A DNA stretch of 64,000 nt from a virus. A model generated the notes under the pieces. The model made no database searches and was not told the origin of the DNA. It saw only the letters and a list, made by a program, of their open reading frames with translations. The translations under genes were made by a program, and so were the position numbers. Positions within the stretch are counted from its first letter, which is position 1. Every line of letters starts with the position of its first letter. The DNA lies in IMG/VR virus record IMGVR_UViG_3300025132_000023, positions 1 through 64,000 of that record; one strand, written 5' to 3'. This document shows, in pieces, positions 40,283 to 51,147 of the stretch.

Positions 40283-42846
40283 CGGAACACCGCCTTTACA
40301 TGATAAACGACATCTTCATTAACACCAAATTTCTTTGCGATAGTGTTCATATTATCAAACTCACTAACAATACCAACAATGTCAGTTGCAGTAATTTCTA
40401 CGTTATATCGCTTCTTCACAAAGTCTATTGTATCGTTAACATTGTCAAAATCGCTGGTGTCTCCAAAGCCTAGATAAGTAGGCTTGTTTAACATCTTTCT
40501 AATTTCATCATGGGCAACTAATATAGAACGCTCTGGTATAGATAGTTTAATTTTATCTCCTCTTTCAGTATGAAGAGACATGAACTTTTCAACTTGTGCT
40601 TTCTTTGATAAATCCTTTTTAAACAATTTAGACTTAGAGGCAATAAATATTATTAAATATTTATACATTGGTGTAGGCTTACCTGCTTTCTCATATTCTC
40701 TTGCAAGTCTTTCTACACTTTGTCCTTCAATCTTTAAATCATCTAAGGAAACATTATCATTTTCTTTTGCAATCCTTTCCAATATGTGTCCAAAATACTG
40801 ATATTCTAGGGACATATTTTCAGTAAATTCTTCAAGAATAGTTAGAACGTTTTGAACAGAGGTTTCAAGATTTTGCTTAGAAGGAGAAGTAGTAGTCAAT
40901 GCTGTTCTGTATTGGTTTATCTGAAGCAAATCATTATTATCAATCAACCCAATTCCATATTCTAAGAATATAGTAAATAGATGAGAAATTAATCTGTCAG
41001 GTGCGCCTCGCGCCATAAATCGCGCTAACTCGCCCTTTCGTAAAAATTTAGGAACGTCCTTAAAAGGTTGCATTTCTCCTTGTGAAGGTTCTACATAATA
41101 GTCTTGTATTGCTTCTAATACATTTTGCATAGACTCTTCAAACTCTCCTAAATCTTCTCTAAGTGAACCTAAATGTCCTAATCTAAATCTTGAGAAAACG
41201 TTATATAATTCTCTTTGTGACGCATCTTCTTTCTCTTCTCTTCCAGCAATTCCTCCTGATGGCATATCTACTGCATCCCAAATCTCCGGCATAGAAGTTC
41301 TATCTAATGGGTCTTCTAAGAGATTACCTATTGCTTCTAATAAGTCTAAATGAAATTGTTCTAACTCATCAAAAGAAGGCAAATCCTGTTCTCCTAAATA
41401 GTCTGCATTAAATTCAAATGCAGAGCCTCTATGTCTTAGAAACTCATTAACTTCTTGTGTATAAGGAATATAATAAAATTCTCTTTTTGCATCAGAAATC
41501 ATTTCTTTTCTATTTTTATGTTCATCTAATAGTTCTTGTAAGTCCTCTGCTATACCAGCATCCATTTCGTTTTCTTCTTTAATTTCTTGTTCTAGTACCT
41601 CCAAGAATTTCTCCCATGACTTCTTATCAAAGGGGTCTTCTACAATTCCTTTCTGAGCAGCAATTGCGTAAAGAGGGTCAACATCTGTTATTCTAGTTTT
41701 ACGACCTGTTTGCTTTTTAAAGTTCTCAGCCGTTTCTTCAACTGTGCCACCACCTGTGCCAAACTCGCTGGTTGCGCCAGTATTTCCTGTAACATCTTCT
41801 TCGTTTACACCATAAAGGTCTATCATTTCTTCTTCTTCATCTATAGCGAAATCATCATCTTCTTCTTCACCAGAACGGTCATCACCTGCCTCATCAAACA
41901 ACTCTTGTATTTTTGTCATTATTGCATTGTGAACATTATCTAAAGTATCTAATTCGTCATCACTTGCAACAGGATAATGCACAGTTCTACTTTTAATAAC
42001 ATAATTCATACTATCCATTTTTTCATATAGTTTGTGTAATACCTCTAATTCCTTGTCTAAGGTATGGAAGAAAGTCTCTGATTCTTTTCTATTAGTAATT
42101 GTTGTCTTCTCACCAACCACTTCGCCCTCTTCATTTAGAAGTTCTTCGACTTCTTTTTCAAGTCCTTCCCAATTAAGTAACAATTCTTTAATTGCATTTT
42201 GCAAGACTTCATATTCATCATACACACCAGACCAGAAGTCATAGAATTTCTCTCTTGATTTAATATATTTAGGGTCAATCACTCCTATTAATTCTGAGTC
42301 ATCAAATCTTTCAATTTTTAGTTTTCTTTTCCTGTCTGTTGTTTCAAGAGCATCTGATAAAGAAGAAAGTCCTAATGCATAGTGTGACATAAACTCTTTA
42401 CCTTTTAGGGTATCCAACATATCATCTAAAAATTTCCTAGTATCTTTGTCTTTGTTTACTAAAGTAATATCATCAATGTTAAGAGCAGATTTGAGTTGGT
42501 TGGGTCTTAGTTTTCTATTGCGATATTTGAAATTAATTAATATTTCCTTTAATGATGTTTTACTTAACTTACCTGTATCGGTTCCTTTAGTAAGAAACTC
42601 AATATAGTCTTCAATATATTTATCAGAAAATCCTCTATCTTGTAGTTCTTCTGTAACATCCTTGATACTTGCATCTCTATCTTGAGATTGAGTAACTTCT
42701 ATAACATCACTTCTAGGAACATGGTCTTCTTGGAACTCTAATGTTTCTGCTTCATCCATCATATCAGCATATACCATCATGTCTTTAATATCATACTTAT
42801 CCATGTAGGCGTGTCTTGTCAAACCAATATAATCTTTAATCTCCAT
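40279..42846 (-). CDS. Large acidic protein with a C-terminal HTH-like segment
   Basis: 855 aa, very Asp/Glu-rich; ends MNTIAKKFGVNEDVVYHVK. Confidence 0.65.
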   Translation of the reverse strand: MEIKDYIGLTRHAYMDKYDIKDMMVYADMMDEAETLEFQEDHVPRSDVIEVTQSQDRDASIKDVTEELQDRGFSDKYIEDYIEFLTKGTDTGKLSKTSLKEILINFKYRNRKLRPNQLKSALNIDDITLVNKDKDTRKFLDDMLDTLKGKEFMSHYALGLSSLSDALETTDRKRKLKIERFDDSELIGVIDPKYIKSREKFYDFWSGVYDEYEVLQNAIKELLLNWEGLEKEVEELLNEEGEVVGEKTTITNRKESETFFHTLDKELEVLHKLYEKMDSMNYVIKSRTVHYPVASDDELDTLDNVHNAIMTKIQELFDEAGDDRSGEEEDDDFAIDEEEEMIDLYGVNEEDVTGNTGATSEFGTGGGTVEETAENFKKQTGRKTRITDVDPLYAIAAQKGIVEDPFDKKSWEKFLEVLEQEIKEENEMDAGIAEDLQELLDEHKNRKEMISDAKREFYYIPYTQEVNEFLRHRGSAFEFNADYLGEQDLPSFDELEQFHLDLLEAIGNLLEDPLDRTSMPEIWDAVDMPSGGIAGREEKEDASQRELYNVFSRFRLGHLGSLREDLGEFEESMQNVLEAIQDYYVEPSQGEMQPFKDVPKFLRKGELARFMARGAPDRLISHLFTIFLEYGIGLIDNNDLLQINQYRTALTTTSPSKQNLETSVQNVLTILEEFTENMSLEYQYFGHILERIAKENDNVSLDDLKIEGQSVERLAREYEKAGKPTPMYKYLIIFIASKSKLFKKDLSKKAQVEKFMSLHTERGDKIKLSIPERSILVAHDEIRKMLNKPTYLGFGDTSDFDNVNDTIDFVKKRYNVEITATDIVGIVSEFDNMNTIAKKFGVNEDVVYHVKAVFR

Positions 42847-44935
42847 CTTGTGTTACCTCCACTAAATCCTTCTTTTCAAGCCGTCCCATAAGTGTATACA
42901 TCTGGTCTTGAATAACTTCCCCTTTCTTTTCATATTCTAATAACTCTATATATACAGATGAATTATCTATAATATGTTGAACCTTTTCTTTAACTGCATC
43001 TACTAAACCTTGAACAATATCATCTTGATTTTTCTCCGCTAGTTTAATTAATTCTTTTAACATATCTAATTGTTTCTTTTCAACATCTTCATCCAATATG
43101 CGATTCTTCATGCCATTTAATTTCCTACTTCCATAATAATAATCTAACTTGATAATAGTATGCAGGATACTTGAAGGAGTAACATCGTGTAGATTTTCAT
43201 CATATTCTTCAAACTCATCTAATAGTGTATTTAATGTATTGGTTTTTGTCATTGATATGTCTATTCCATCATCAGCATCTCTAAAGTTTTTCAGTTGGCT
43301 AACAAATATTTTAGCCTTTTCCATAGACACTCCAAGATGATTAAATTTATACATATCTTTAACAGGTTTAAACATTGGCTCATCTGTTTTTCTACCTTCT
43401 AAAAGAGAAACTATTGAAATCGCCATTCTATTATTGCCTTTTCCGTAAAATTCTTTTAACTCATTATTAACAGCAGCAACATCATTTCTTGCTGTTTTAA
43501 TAATTTCAGGTAGTTTTTCAAATAAATCTACTTCTTCCTTGGTGAATAAATTTGTTCCCTGTTGTTCACCTTGGTAATATTTTTCTAAAGTTTGTAAATC
43601 ATCTACTACTGCTCTTGCTTCGTCAGAACTAGAGTTCATAACATATGTATAAAACTTAGGAAATTCTTCTCCTCTCTTTCTATAAATATTTCTTAATTCT
43701 TTAATTTTCTCAGGAGCAACACCGGAGGGGTGAGTTTTAACATAACTATCTCTTTTACCGCCTTCTCCCCTATCATAAGATTCTGCTCTATCATCTCTAG
43801 TGTAATACTCTGATTGTTTATCTTTAGCCTTTTCAAACAATGCTACCAACTGTGAAGAAACTTTTCTTTTTGTTTTTACTTCTTCTCCTGTTTCCACAAC
43901 GTTTCTTAAATTTAAAGTCCCGGATGTTAATATCGTTTCTAACGTTGCAGAAACTCCAACTTTCCCCTTAATCATTAATAACGATTGTCTTGCATTTTCA
44001 ATAGCCTTTTTGCTTTTTGTTTTAGGCGTAGGCATAAATTCTATTTTCTTTCTCCAGCCTTTGCTTCCTAATAACTTTAAGTAGTTTAATGCATCTTCTT
44101 CGCCTTCTACCTTATTAGTATAACTATTTGCATCTATGCTTTCTTTTTCTCTTTGCACCCTATCAGAAACATCTGCCTTTCCTAATAGTTTCAATAGAAC
44201 AGATTTACTAGCACCACCAGTTCTAGTAAATTTAATTTGGTTCCCTGTGCTTCTTTGTTCAAACTTATTGATAATATCTTTTACTTGCTCTAAATGGTTA
44301 GGAGTAATTACTAATGGGCCATTTTCTATTTTGGCTTTCCCTAAAGTAATCACAATTTCAGAACCTGTTTTTTCAACAGTAACATTATAGTCTTTAAAAG
44401 CCTCTTGTATTTCTTTCATTGCGCCTACTTGCTTAGTTCTATATTCTTTGTCTGTTATGTAATACAATAGTTCATCATCATCTTCATCTATCAACTCTAA
44501 TAGTTCAGCCTTGTGCCTTGATAATACATCCATCTTACGTTGTCTATTTTTACCAGCCCAACTTCTAAACCCCTTACCTACAAACTTCTGTAGGGGTTTC
44601 TTGTCACCTTCTTTAAGGGACTCTAATATCTCATCAAATTTAAATTCTGATGTAGACTTTTCTTGACGCTTTTTACTTTCTGCTGTAAGTATCTTATTTA
44701 GTCCTTCAACCACTTTCAATGCTTCTGCGGCAATAGTATCTTCTTGTTCTTTAAATTCACTAGGGATTTGTTTCTTTTGAGAAAGAGCAGTAACTTTATT
44801 TTTAACACGAATAATGTTTGTCTTATCTTCTTTCTCTGCTTCACCTAAGATATAATCTGCACCTTTATCTGTAGTTAAAAAACCCGCAACATTTGCAGGT
44901 TTTGGCAAAGCCTTTAACAAATTTTCCCAAGCCAC
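42836..44935 (-). CDS. Large helical protein with W-tag
   Basis: 699 aa; starts MAWENLLKA. Confidence 0.65.
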   Translation of the reverse strand: MAWENLLKALPKPANVAGFLTTDKGADYILGEAEKEDKTNIIRVKNKVTALSQKKQIPSEFKEQEDTIAAEALKVVEGLNKILTAESKKRQEKSTSEFKFDEILESLKEGDKKPLQKFVGKGFRSWAGKNRQRKMDVLSRHKAELLELIDEDDDELLYYITDKEYRTKQVGAMKEIQEAFKDYNVTVEKTGSEIVITLGKAKIENGPLVITPNHLEQVKDIINKFEQRSTGNQIKFTRTGGASKSVLLKLLGKADVSDRVQREKESIDANSYTNKVEGEEDALNYLKLLGSKGWRKKIEFMPTPKTKSKKAIENARQSLLMIKGKVGVSATLETILTSGTLNLRNVVETGEEVKTKRKVSSQLVALFEKAKDKQSEYYTRDDRAESYDRGEGGKRDSYVKTHPSGVAPEKIKELRNIYRKRGEEFPKFYTYVMNSSSDEARAVVDDLQTLEKYYQGEQQGTNLFTKEEVDLFEKLPEIIKTARNDVAAVNNELKEFYGKGNNRMAISIVSLLEGRKTDEPMFKPVKDMYKFNHLGVSMEKAKIFVSQLKNFRDADDGIDISMTKTNTLNTLLDEFEEYDENLHDVTPSSILHTIIKLDYYYGSRKLNGMKNRILDEDVEKKQLDMLKELIKLAEKNQDDIVQGLVDAVKEKVQHIIDNSSVYIELLEYEKKGEVIQDQMYTLMGRLEKKDLVEVTQDGD

Positions 44936-44939
44936 TCAA

Positions 44940-45797
44940 TCACGCCGTAAACCAATCATCTTCTTTTATTCCTTCTGGTATAAACAAGAAGGATTTATTT
45001 GGATTCTTTCTGACTTCTTCTTTAAAGCCAGTTACAAAATCCGGTTTGTCCATGTTTGGTGCAACGCTTCGACCCCTATTTGTTACCTCAGGGAATCCTT
45101 TTAAGTTGTCATCTTTGAGCCTTTGTCTATTTAATCGGAAAAGACCCTTCTCAACCAAACTCATTATTATTGGATTTTCCCCATGCTTTAGATTTACTAG
45201 TTTACCCAAACCAAACTGTTCCATCATGGCTCTTTGTTTTTTAAGGGCACTCTTACTATTATCATCATACCATGTTCTAATGTATAGAACTGCTGCTTCT
45301 GCATTTGTTAAAGGAACATCGTCAGGCATAAACACCATGTCAGTATCGTGTGGTAAATCTATAGTAACGCTATGGTAAGGTCTTTTAGTATCTTCCTTAA
45401 TAGTAAGCCCTATCTCATTTGATGCCAAAGACCAAACTTGTCTACCATGTGATGCTTCTCGCTCTAATGGAACCATACTTTGTCTATCCATCTTCCCCCA
45501 CTTAGCCTCATTAAACTCTACGTCCCAATCGCGTAATTCCCAAGAGTCAATGTTTACTTTACCATATATTCCTCTTTGGGAATTACTCATTAATCTTGGC
45601 CTAAATTCGTTATTCTTTCTTTTAATCCACTTAGTCATAGTTCTTTCTTGATTGAACTTATCCATCCATGTTCCTGTAGTATCAAAGACTAATGTTTTTA
45701 ATTCTGGAAACTTATCCAGAAAGAAGAAACCTTCTTTTTCTCCACCCATTGTAGTGCCCATTTTAAGCACCTTTTCCCATATCTCTCTCTTATCCAT
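44940..45797 (-). CDS. Hypothetical protein with W-tag
   Basis: Starts MDKREIWEKVLK; GGTGA RBS. Confidence 0.6.
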   Translation of the reverse strand: MDKREIWEKVLKMGTTMGGEKEGFFFLDKFPELKTLVFDTTGTWMDKFNQERTMTKWIKRKNNEFRPRLMSNSQRGIYGKVNIDSWELRDWDVEFNEAKWGKMDRQSMVPLEREASHGRQVWSLASNEIGLTIKEDTKRPYHSVTIDLPHDTDMVFMPDDVPLTNAEAAVLYIRTWYDDNSKSALKKQRAMMEQFGLGKLVNLKHGENPIIMSLVEKGLFRLNRQRLKDDNLKGFPEVTNRGRSVAPNMDKPDFVTGFKEEVRKNPNKSFLFIPEGIKEDDWFTA

Positions 45798-45805
45798 TTT
45801 ATCAC

Positions 45806-46207
45806 CTAATCTTGAACTTCATCCCTACTTCTTTTTGTTTCTCCTGACTTACAATCCCAAGGGCGAAATGCATGAACATCTTTTGCTCTTTGTCCGTTTG
45901 TTGGAGAACTAAAAGATTCTAATATTTCTTTATGTATATCACAAGATTGATGTCCACAGTTTCCGCATTTCCATGTTGCTCTCATATTACATAATGGGTT
46001 TCTGCAAACGCATTCATCTTTTGTTTGTGGTGCAACATCTGTTTCAACTTTATCATCAGGTTTAGTTAAATCTGAAGTTTTAAACTTTGTTTTACTTTTA
46101 CTCCTAGTCCTCTCAACATGGGGAGATGGTTCGCGGGTTAAAGGTTGTGGGCCGACAGGCCGAGGGCGATTGATTAGTTTGAGTATATTCGTCCATTCAT
46201 TCGCCAT
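45806..46207 (-). CDS. Zinc-finger (B-box-like) protein with W-tag
   Basis: MANEWTNILK; CVCRNPLC...CGNC...CDIH. Confidence 0.6.
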   Translation of the reverse strand: MANEWTNILKLINRPRPVGPQPLTREPSPHVERTRSKSKTKFKTSDLTKPDDKVETDVAPQTKDECVCRNPLCNMRATWKCGNCGHQSCDIHKEILESFSSPTNGQRAKDVHAFRPWDCKSGETKRSRDEVQD

Positions 46208-46376
46208 ATGAAAACCTCTCATTTAATTTCTTCTTTCTCTCATCGCAACCGCAGCCTTTGCCTCTTACTTCATTGATTGCGTAAACTGCTTTCTTAATAC
46301 CTGTAGCAGTTGTGATTCTTTCTATGGTGTCACCCAAGCCTTTGTCTTCTTTAAGTAATGCTTTCTTCCAACTCAT
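46197..46376 (-). CDS. 59-aa protein with W-tag and CGC motif (below the track cutoff)
   Basis: MSWKKALLKEDKGLGDTIERITTATGIKKAV...GCGCDERKKKLN. Confidence 0.7.
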   Translation of the reverse strand: MSWKKALLKEDKGLGDTIERITTATGIKKAVYAINEVRGKGCGCDERKKKLNERFSYGE

Positions 46377-46378
46377 AA

Positions 46379-46720
46379 TTACATATCTCCATATTGGAAT
46401 AGGGTAGGAGAACTATCTGGTTTTACTGTTCTAGTTTGTACTAATGGTCTTTTTGCATCCATCTCTTGTTGCATATTAGAATGCAATAACTCTCTTACTT
46501 CAACAAACCATTCGTCTATCTGTTTAGCGATTTCTCCTAACCTCTTATCTTCAATTTGTTTAGCAGCCTGTTGAATGTTTTTACCACCTATTGATTGTCC
46601 TTTTACCATCTTTATTTGTCTTAAGATGTTATCCACCTTATTTAAATTAAAACGAATCCTTTTGGTGTCACCTGTGGCGTGAACCATTAAGTCCTGTTTA
46701 AGTATATCTTCCCATTTCAT
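46379..46720 (-). CDS. Hypothetical protein with W-tag
   Basis: Starts MKWEDILKQ. Confidence 0.6.
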   Translation of the reverse strand: MKWEDILKQDLMVHATGDTKRIRFNLNKVDNILRQIKMVKGQSIGGKNIQQAAKQIEDKRLGEIAKQIDEWFVEVRELLHSNMQQEMDAKRPLVQTRTVKPDSSPTLFQYGDM

Positions 46721-47889
46721 ACTTCATTCCTCCTTGCGTCTAATGTTTCTTGTGTTACATCTGTTAAGTTATCCAAAGACTCTTTATGATTTTCTAATGC
46801 TTGAATCTCTTTTTGTTTATCTGCTACTGCTCCCGGCGATAATTGAATCTCTTTACTTCTTTGCCCCAACCTTTCGCTTATATCCTGAGTCCTCAATTTT
46901 TCGTCTTCTCTTTTTGTCTTGGCATTTTGAAGTTCTTGAATTAATTTATTTGTTGTGGGGTCTGATTTTGGGTCTTTCTTTAATCTTTCAAGCAAGGCAT
47001 CATTTCTTTCATTTTCTTGTTGTTTTGTTTGTTCACGCCTAACTAATCCTGCTCTTGGTGTCCATTGTGGGGTATCTGTGCCAACAGGTGGTTTATTTCC
47101 ACCATATGTTGTTTTAAGGTTCTTTCTCCAATTATCTCTTTTAGCCCTACTAAGTGGATTTAATATGTGAGACATTGTGCTTTGGCCTGTTTTACCTGAA
47201 CCCGATAACATTGATAGTCTTTCACCCATGTTAGTTTTACCATCTGGGTTACGAAGTGCTTCTTCTCTTTCTGCATCGCTTAAGTGCGTGGTTTCTCCTA
47301 TAACTTCCTCTCTTGTCTTACCACGAAGGTCGGATATTTTGTCTGCTGCTCCTGTTACTGCTTGTCCAAACTTTTTACCTGCTGCTCTCAATGGTGCAGT
47401 AAATGGGCTTTCAGTAGCATAACTTACTGCTGCATCACCTGTGCCCCTTAATGCACTTTCTGCAAGGTCTTTTGTTTTATCTTTAGCGCGAGATGCAGTA
47501 TCTTTAATCTTTTTATTTCTTTCTGTTCTTTTGGCTTCTGCTTCCTTAACTTTTTGAGAATGTTCTTTATCTGCTTGTTCTTTTGCCTTTCTTCTTGCAG
47601 CGTCTTTCTTTTTCTTTGCTTCCATTTTTTCATTGTGTCTTTTCATTCTATCAGATACAACGGGAAATTCTTCTAGTTGAGTAGTTTCTGGTGCGGTTGC
47701 TCTTTCTTGTCTTCTAGCAACTTTAGATTGAATCTCTTTTTTCTCTTTTCTTGAAACGCCTGTTTGAGTAACGGGTCTATCTTTTCTTGAACTCCTTAAA
47801 CTTTCTTCTGCTAATCCTGCTCTTGCAGGGCTATCTTTTGGCGGGGTCGCCACCTTAGCGACTTCAAACCAAGCAGCAGTTGCATTCAT
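46717..47889 (-). CDS. Basic, probably disordered protein
   Basis: 390 aa, K/R/E-rich; AAWFEVAK near the start. Confidence 0.6.
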   Translation of the reverse strand: MNATAAWFEVAKVATPPKDSPARAGLAEESLRSSRKDRPVTQTGVSRKEKKEIQSKVARRQERATAPETTQLEEFPVVSDRMKRHNEKMEAKKKKDAARRKAKEQADKEHSQKVKEAEAKRTERNKKIKDTASRAKDKTKDLAESALRGTGDAAVSYATESPFTAPLRAAGKKFGQAVTGAADKISDLRGKTREEVIGETTHLSDAEREEALRNPDGKTNMGERLSMLSGSGKTGQSTMSHILNPLSRAKRDNWRKNLKTTYGGNKPPVGTDTPQWTPRAGLVRREQTKQQENERNDALLERLKKDPKSDPTTNKLIQELQNAKTKREDEKLRTQDISERLGQRSKEIQLSPGAVADKQKEIQALENHKESLDNLTDVTQETLDARRNEV

Positions 47890-47897
47890 TAAATCAC

Positions 47898-48239
47898 CTA
47901 ATAATATGTTTCTGCTTGTCTTCTACCTTTGCGCGGCTGTGAACAAGCGGGGGCAGTTTTACTTCCTTTTTCTTCTACACAAATAGACCAAGATTGTTGA
48001 TTCCATTCTTGATATTCTTTAATATTTTGTCCACGCCTTCCTATGATTAACCCTGCTGCGCCGGGTTTTGTTATTATTCTTATCTTTTTCATCATTCTAT
48101 CTACAGTTATGCTAATTAGGTGTTTTGCCATCTTCTTTCTCTCAAAGAAACTCCACAAATTACTCCTAATCCTTTTATCTCCTGAAGGCCTATTTGACCT
48201 TGGACTTCTTGTTTTTAATAATTCAAACCATTCTTCCAT
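47898..48239 (-). CDS. KH-domain RNA-binding protein with W-tag
   Basis: IRIITKPGAAGLIIGRRGQNIKE carries the KH GxxG loop; starts MEEWFELLKT. Confidence 0.7.
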   Translation of the reverse strand: MEEWFELLKTRSPRSNRPSGDKRIRSNLWSFFERKKMAKHLISITVDRMMKKIRIITKPGAAGLIIGRRGQNIKEYQEWNQQSWSICVEEKGSKTAPACSQPRKGRRQAETYY

Positions 48240-48243
48240 TAAA

Positions 48244-48540
48244 TCACCTCTCCTCTTGTCTTAACTTATGTTGCCATGAGGAATCAAAAAATTGAGCATC
48301 TGTATCGCTCTTAGGGTCACTAACAAAACTTGGCTTTTTCATTTTAGGTAATTTATCTTGAACCATTTTAAGTCTATACAATACTACAAATCTATTACAC
48401 TCATCACAAACTCTGCCATCACATAAAGGCTTACCATTGTTCCCAAATCCCTCATAGGGTTTACCACATAAAGCACAAATCTTTTCATCTTCCATATCTT
48501 CTGGTTGTCTAACCGTCTTAAGTGCTTTATCCCAACTCAT
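48244..48540 (-). CDS. Zinc-finger protein with W-tag
   Basis: CALC...GFGNN...CDEC; starts MSWDKALKT. Confidence 0.65.
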   Translation of the reverse strand: MSWDKALKTVRQPEDMEDEKICALCGKPYEGFGNNGKPLCDGRVCDECNRFVVLYRLKMVQDKLPKMKKPSFVSDPKSDTDAQFFDSSWQHKLRQEER

Positions 48541-48541
48541 A

Positions 48542-49312
48542 TTATTCTTCCTCTAAAATGTCTCTTAATATAACTTCTGTATCTAATAGAAATTTACTGT
48601 CTTTTGGCCCAACTAATGTGCTGGCTGTAATAAAAGCAAGACCTCTAAGAACAGTATCTATATGATATTTCATTTTATCTGTTACTTTGGCATCAGCAGG
48701 TAATTTCTTTCTAGGAACCCTTGCCCATTCTTTACCGTCTTTCCTTTTATTCGCCTCTTGTTCTTTTATATATTCTGGTGTTCCCCACCTATGCTCATCA
48801 GGATGATAAAAGTATGCCATTTCATCTTCTTTGGCTAATATCTCTTCCATTGATTTCATTACTGCACCACCACGAAGTTTCTTCTGTTTAATGCGCCTAG
48901 TATCTCCTTCTTCATTTTTAACATAATCACAAATTGTATTATCATTTGTTAACTTAACCCACATTTCTGGAAAACTATCCATTTGAGTTCCATGATTTCT
49001 TAACCATACTTCTTTACAACTATCGCAAACATTCACATTTTTAGTTGCGTGCCTCCAAGAAGCAGGATGAACCTCCATGCCTTCTCTTTCTAATGCCTCT
49101 CTAGTAACTTTAGGCGCACATTCTCTACATACTCTTGGAGTTGGTTGTCCTTCTAATCCTAAGTTTTTCCACTCCCTAGCAATTTGTTGTCTTCTTTTGT
49201 ATGGGATGTTATAGATATATTCACCATTAACTTTAGGAACTTCTGCACCTACTCCTCTATATTGTCGCTTGCATTTTACGCAAGTGGCTTTTAATATGTT
49301 TTCCCAACTCAT
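48542..49312 (-). CDS. Multi-zinc-finger protein with W-tag
   Basis: Start moved to MSWENILKA (ATGA overlap); CVKC, CREC, CDSC. Confidence 0.6.
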   Translation of the reverse strand: MSWENILKATCVKCKRQYRGVGAEVPKVNGEYIYNIPYKRRQQIAREWKNLGLEGQPTPRVCRECAPKVTREALEREGMEVHPASWRHATKNVNVCDSCKEVWLRNHGTQMDSFPEMWVKLTNDNTICDYVKNEEGDTRRIKQKKLRGGAVMKSMEEILAKEDEMAYFYHPDEHRWGTPEYIKEQEANKRKDGKEWARVPRKKLPADAKVTDKMKYHIDTVLRGLAFITASTLVGPKDSKFLLDTEVILRDILEEE

Positions 49313-49965
49313 TGCATCTTCTCCTCCATCTTTTGTTTTACATCTAACCAAACTTGTGGATGATTCTGTGCTAATACTTCTTGAACAATCTGCATTTGCG
49401 CTACTATGATTGTATCCTGTCTCTTGTGAACTAACTTGCCCTTGAACTCCATTAGATACCGTAGGCTTTCCCTAATTTCTTTTGCCAACTTGGTCAAACT
49501 ATCAATATATTTTGGATGCAATTCGTCCTCTTCAAAGAGAACATCAATCTTTTGCTCCAAACGGGTTATGTTCTTCGATAGACTGTCTATCTCGTCTACC
49601 TCTTTCACGGCTATAATACTTGCCGCCGCCTTCTGAACCAATGGCTGAAGATGTTTCCTCATGTGCCTCTTTACCTGTTCTTCTGAACATTTCAAAAGCA
49701 TAGACACGCCTTTGGGTGTAACAGCACCACTATGTAATTGCTGTTCTAATTCACCCCTTAACTCATGTATGCAGAAACTACACCGAGGATTAGAAGCATC
49801 TACATAATCCCCCATATGATTTCTATGATGCCTTGCAGTTGTTCCGCTAGGCCAATCCATTCTGTTATCTAAATCATCGGCAGTAATTGCCATTGTCTCT
49901 AATTGTGCTTCTAAGTCATCACGTTCTTCGTGATTACATAATTTACATCTTCTTCGCTTTACCAT
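49309..49965 (-). CDS. Terminase small subunit candidate / duplicated Zn-HTH DNA-binding protein
   Basis: Two repeats of CxxC..H--HTH--RHxRxH followed by a coiled coil. Confidence 0.45.
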   Translation of the reverse strand: MVKRRRCKLCNHEERDDLEAQLETMAITADDLDNRMDWPSGTTARHHRNHMGDYVDASNPRCSFCIHELRGELEQQLHSGAVTPKGVSMLLKCSEEQVKRHMRKHLQPLVQKAAASIIAVKEVDEIDSLSKNITRLEQKIDVLFEEDELHPKYIDSLTKLAKEIRESLRYLMEFKGKLVHKRQDTIIVAQMQIVQEVLAQNHPQVWLDVKQKMEEKMQ

Positions 49966-51146
49966 GCTAATACACTCTCCCAACTTTTCTTTACCTTAGT
50001 GTTCTTTTTCTTAGGTGCAGACTTTTTCTTTGGAACTTCCTTTTTCTCTACCAGACCCGGCATAAATACTGTTTCTTTTCCGGGGGTTCTCTTACAATGC
50101 CCAGATAGAATCGCAAGATTTTTCATCTGCCTTCTTGTAATATTAAGTGAAATACCCTTTACCTCACCAATGAATTTATCATAGTCTGCTATTCTCTTAA
50201 CAGTCTTACTGTCCTTTAAACCTATGTCAATAAAAGTAAATGCTTTTAATCTGCCATGTGCATGAGAATCCCTAAACATACCTGTTGTTTTATTCATTCC
50301 CCAACCGGGATTATTTTTATCTCCAATCATTTCAGCAACATAGTCTTTAACTGCGTCTATTTGCATTAGTTCTGCCGCAGTAGTTCCTTTACCTGTATCT
50401 ACAATCTTAAGTTTAAGATGTTCAAAACTAACATCTTCTTCTAGTGCTTTGACTACTTCACTTAAAACATGAAGCAATCCGTTTTGGATTAACACCTTCT
50501 TGCGAATAAGCATCTTTTTAACTTCATACAAATCTCCACTACCTGCAAAGAACGCTTGCCACATTGGAGGCTCTGCTTGGTTTTCAGCAGTATTATACCA
50601 ATCTGAAGAAACTGCTTTTATAGGCTCCTCTTTACCGCCAAATATTTTAGCCTTTAGATTTCTATATTTAACATAGTCATCTGTTCTGTAATGTCCATAG
50701 ACTTCAACAACATCTTCTTCCTCATCATAGTCTGCATTACTTCTATTGACTTCAGCCCAATTAGGAATAGTAAATATAATGTTTCTAGGGTCATCTTTTG
50801 TGTCTCGCATATTTTTTAATTTTACATATACTTTAGTGACTTCCTTTTTATCTTGTTCTGTTATAGCCTCATTCATCTCTAACATATCATCTAGTAATTT
50901 AATTATGTTATGTCCACCGTCAGGTATTTCGTTTTCCTTATTCCTAGATACTTCCAACTCACCATGACTTGCAACTAAATCGAGTAATGTTTTATCAGAA
51001 GTTATACCTAAAGCATCTCCTTTCGCAGACTCACATTCAGTCTTCCAACCTTCATATGCATCTTTAAACTTAGAAGAATCAAATGTTTGGGTTCCTTGAG
51101 AGCCATCAATATTAACTACTGTTGAGGACTTCTTCTCTTTAACCAT
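49959..51146 (-). CDS. Hypothetical protein
   Basis: ~395-aa ORF with GGAGG RBS before ATG 51146; Lys-rich tail. Confidence 0.6.
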   Translation of the reverse strand: MVKEKKSSTVVNIDGSQGTQTFDSSKFKDAYEGWKTECESAKGDALGITSDKTLLDLVASHGELEVSRNKENEIPDGGHNIIKLLDDMLEMNEAITEQDKKEVTKVYVKLKNMRDTKDDPRNIIFTIPNWAEVNRSNADYDEEEDVVEVYGHYRTDDYVKYRNLKAKIFGGKEEPIKAVSSDWYNTAENQAEPPMWQAFFAGSGDLYEVKKMLIRKKVLIQNGLLHVLSEVVKALEEDVSFEHLKLKIVDTGKGTTAAELMQIDAVKDYVAEMIGDKNNPGWGMNKTTGMFRDSHAHGRLKAFTFIDIGLKDSKTVKRIADYDKFIGEVKGISLNITRRQMKNLAILSGHCKRTPGKETVFMPGLVEKKEVPKKKSAPKKKNTKVKKSWESVLAW

Positions 51147-51147
51147 A

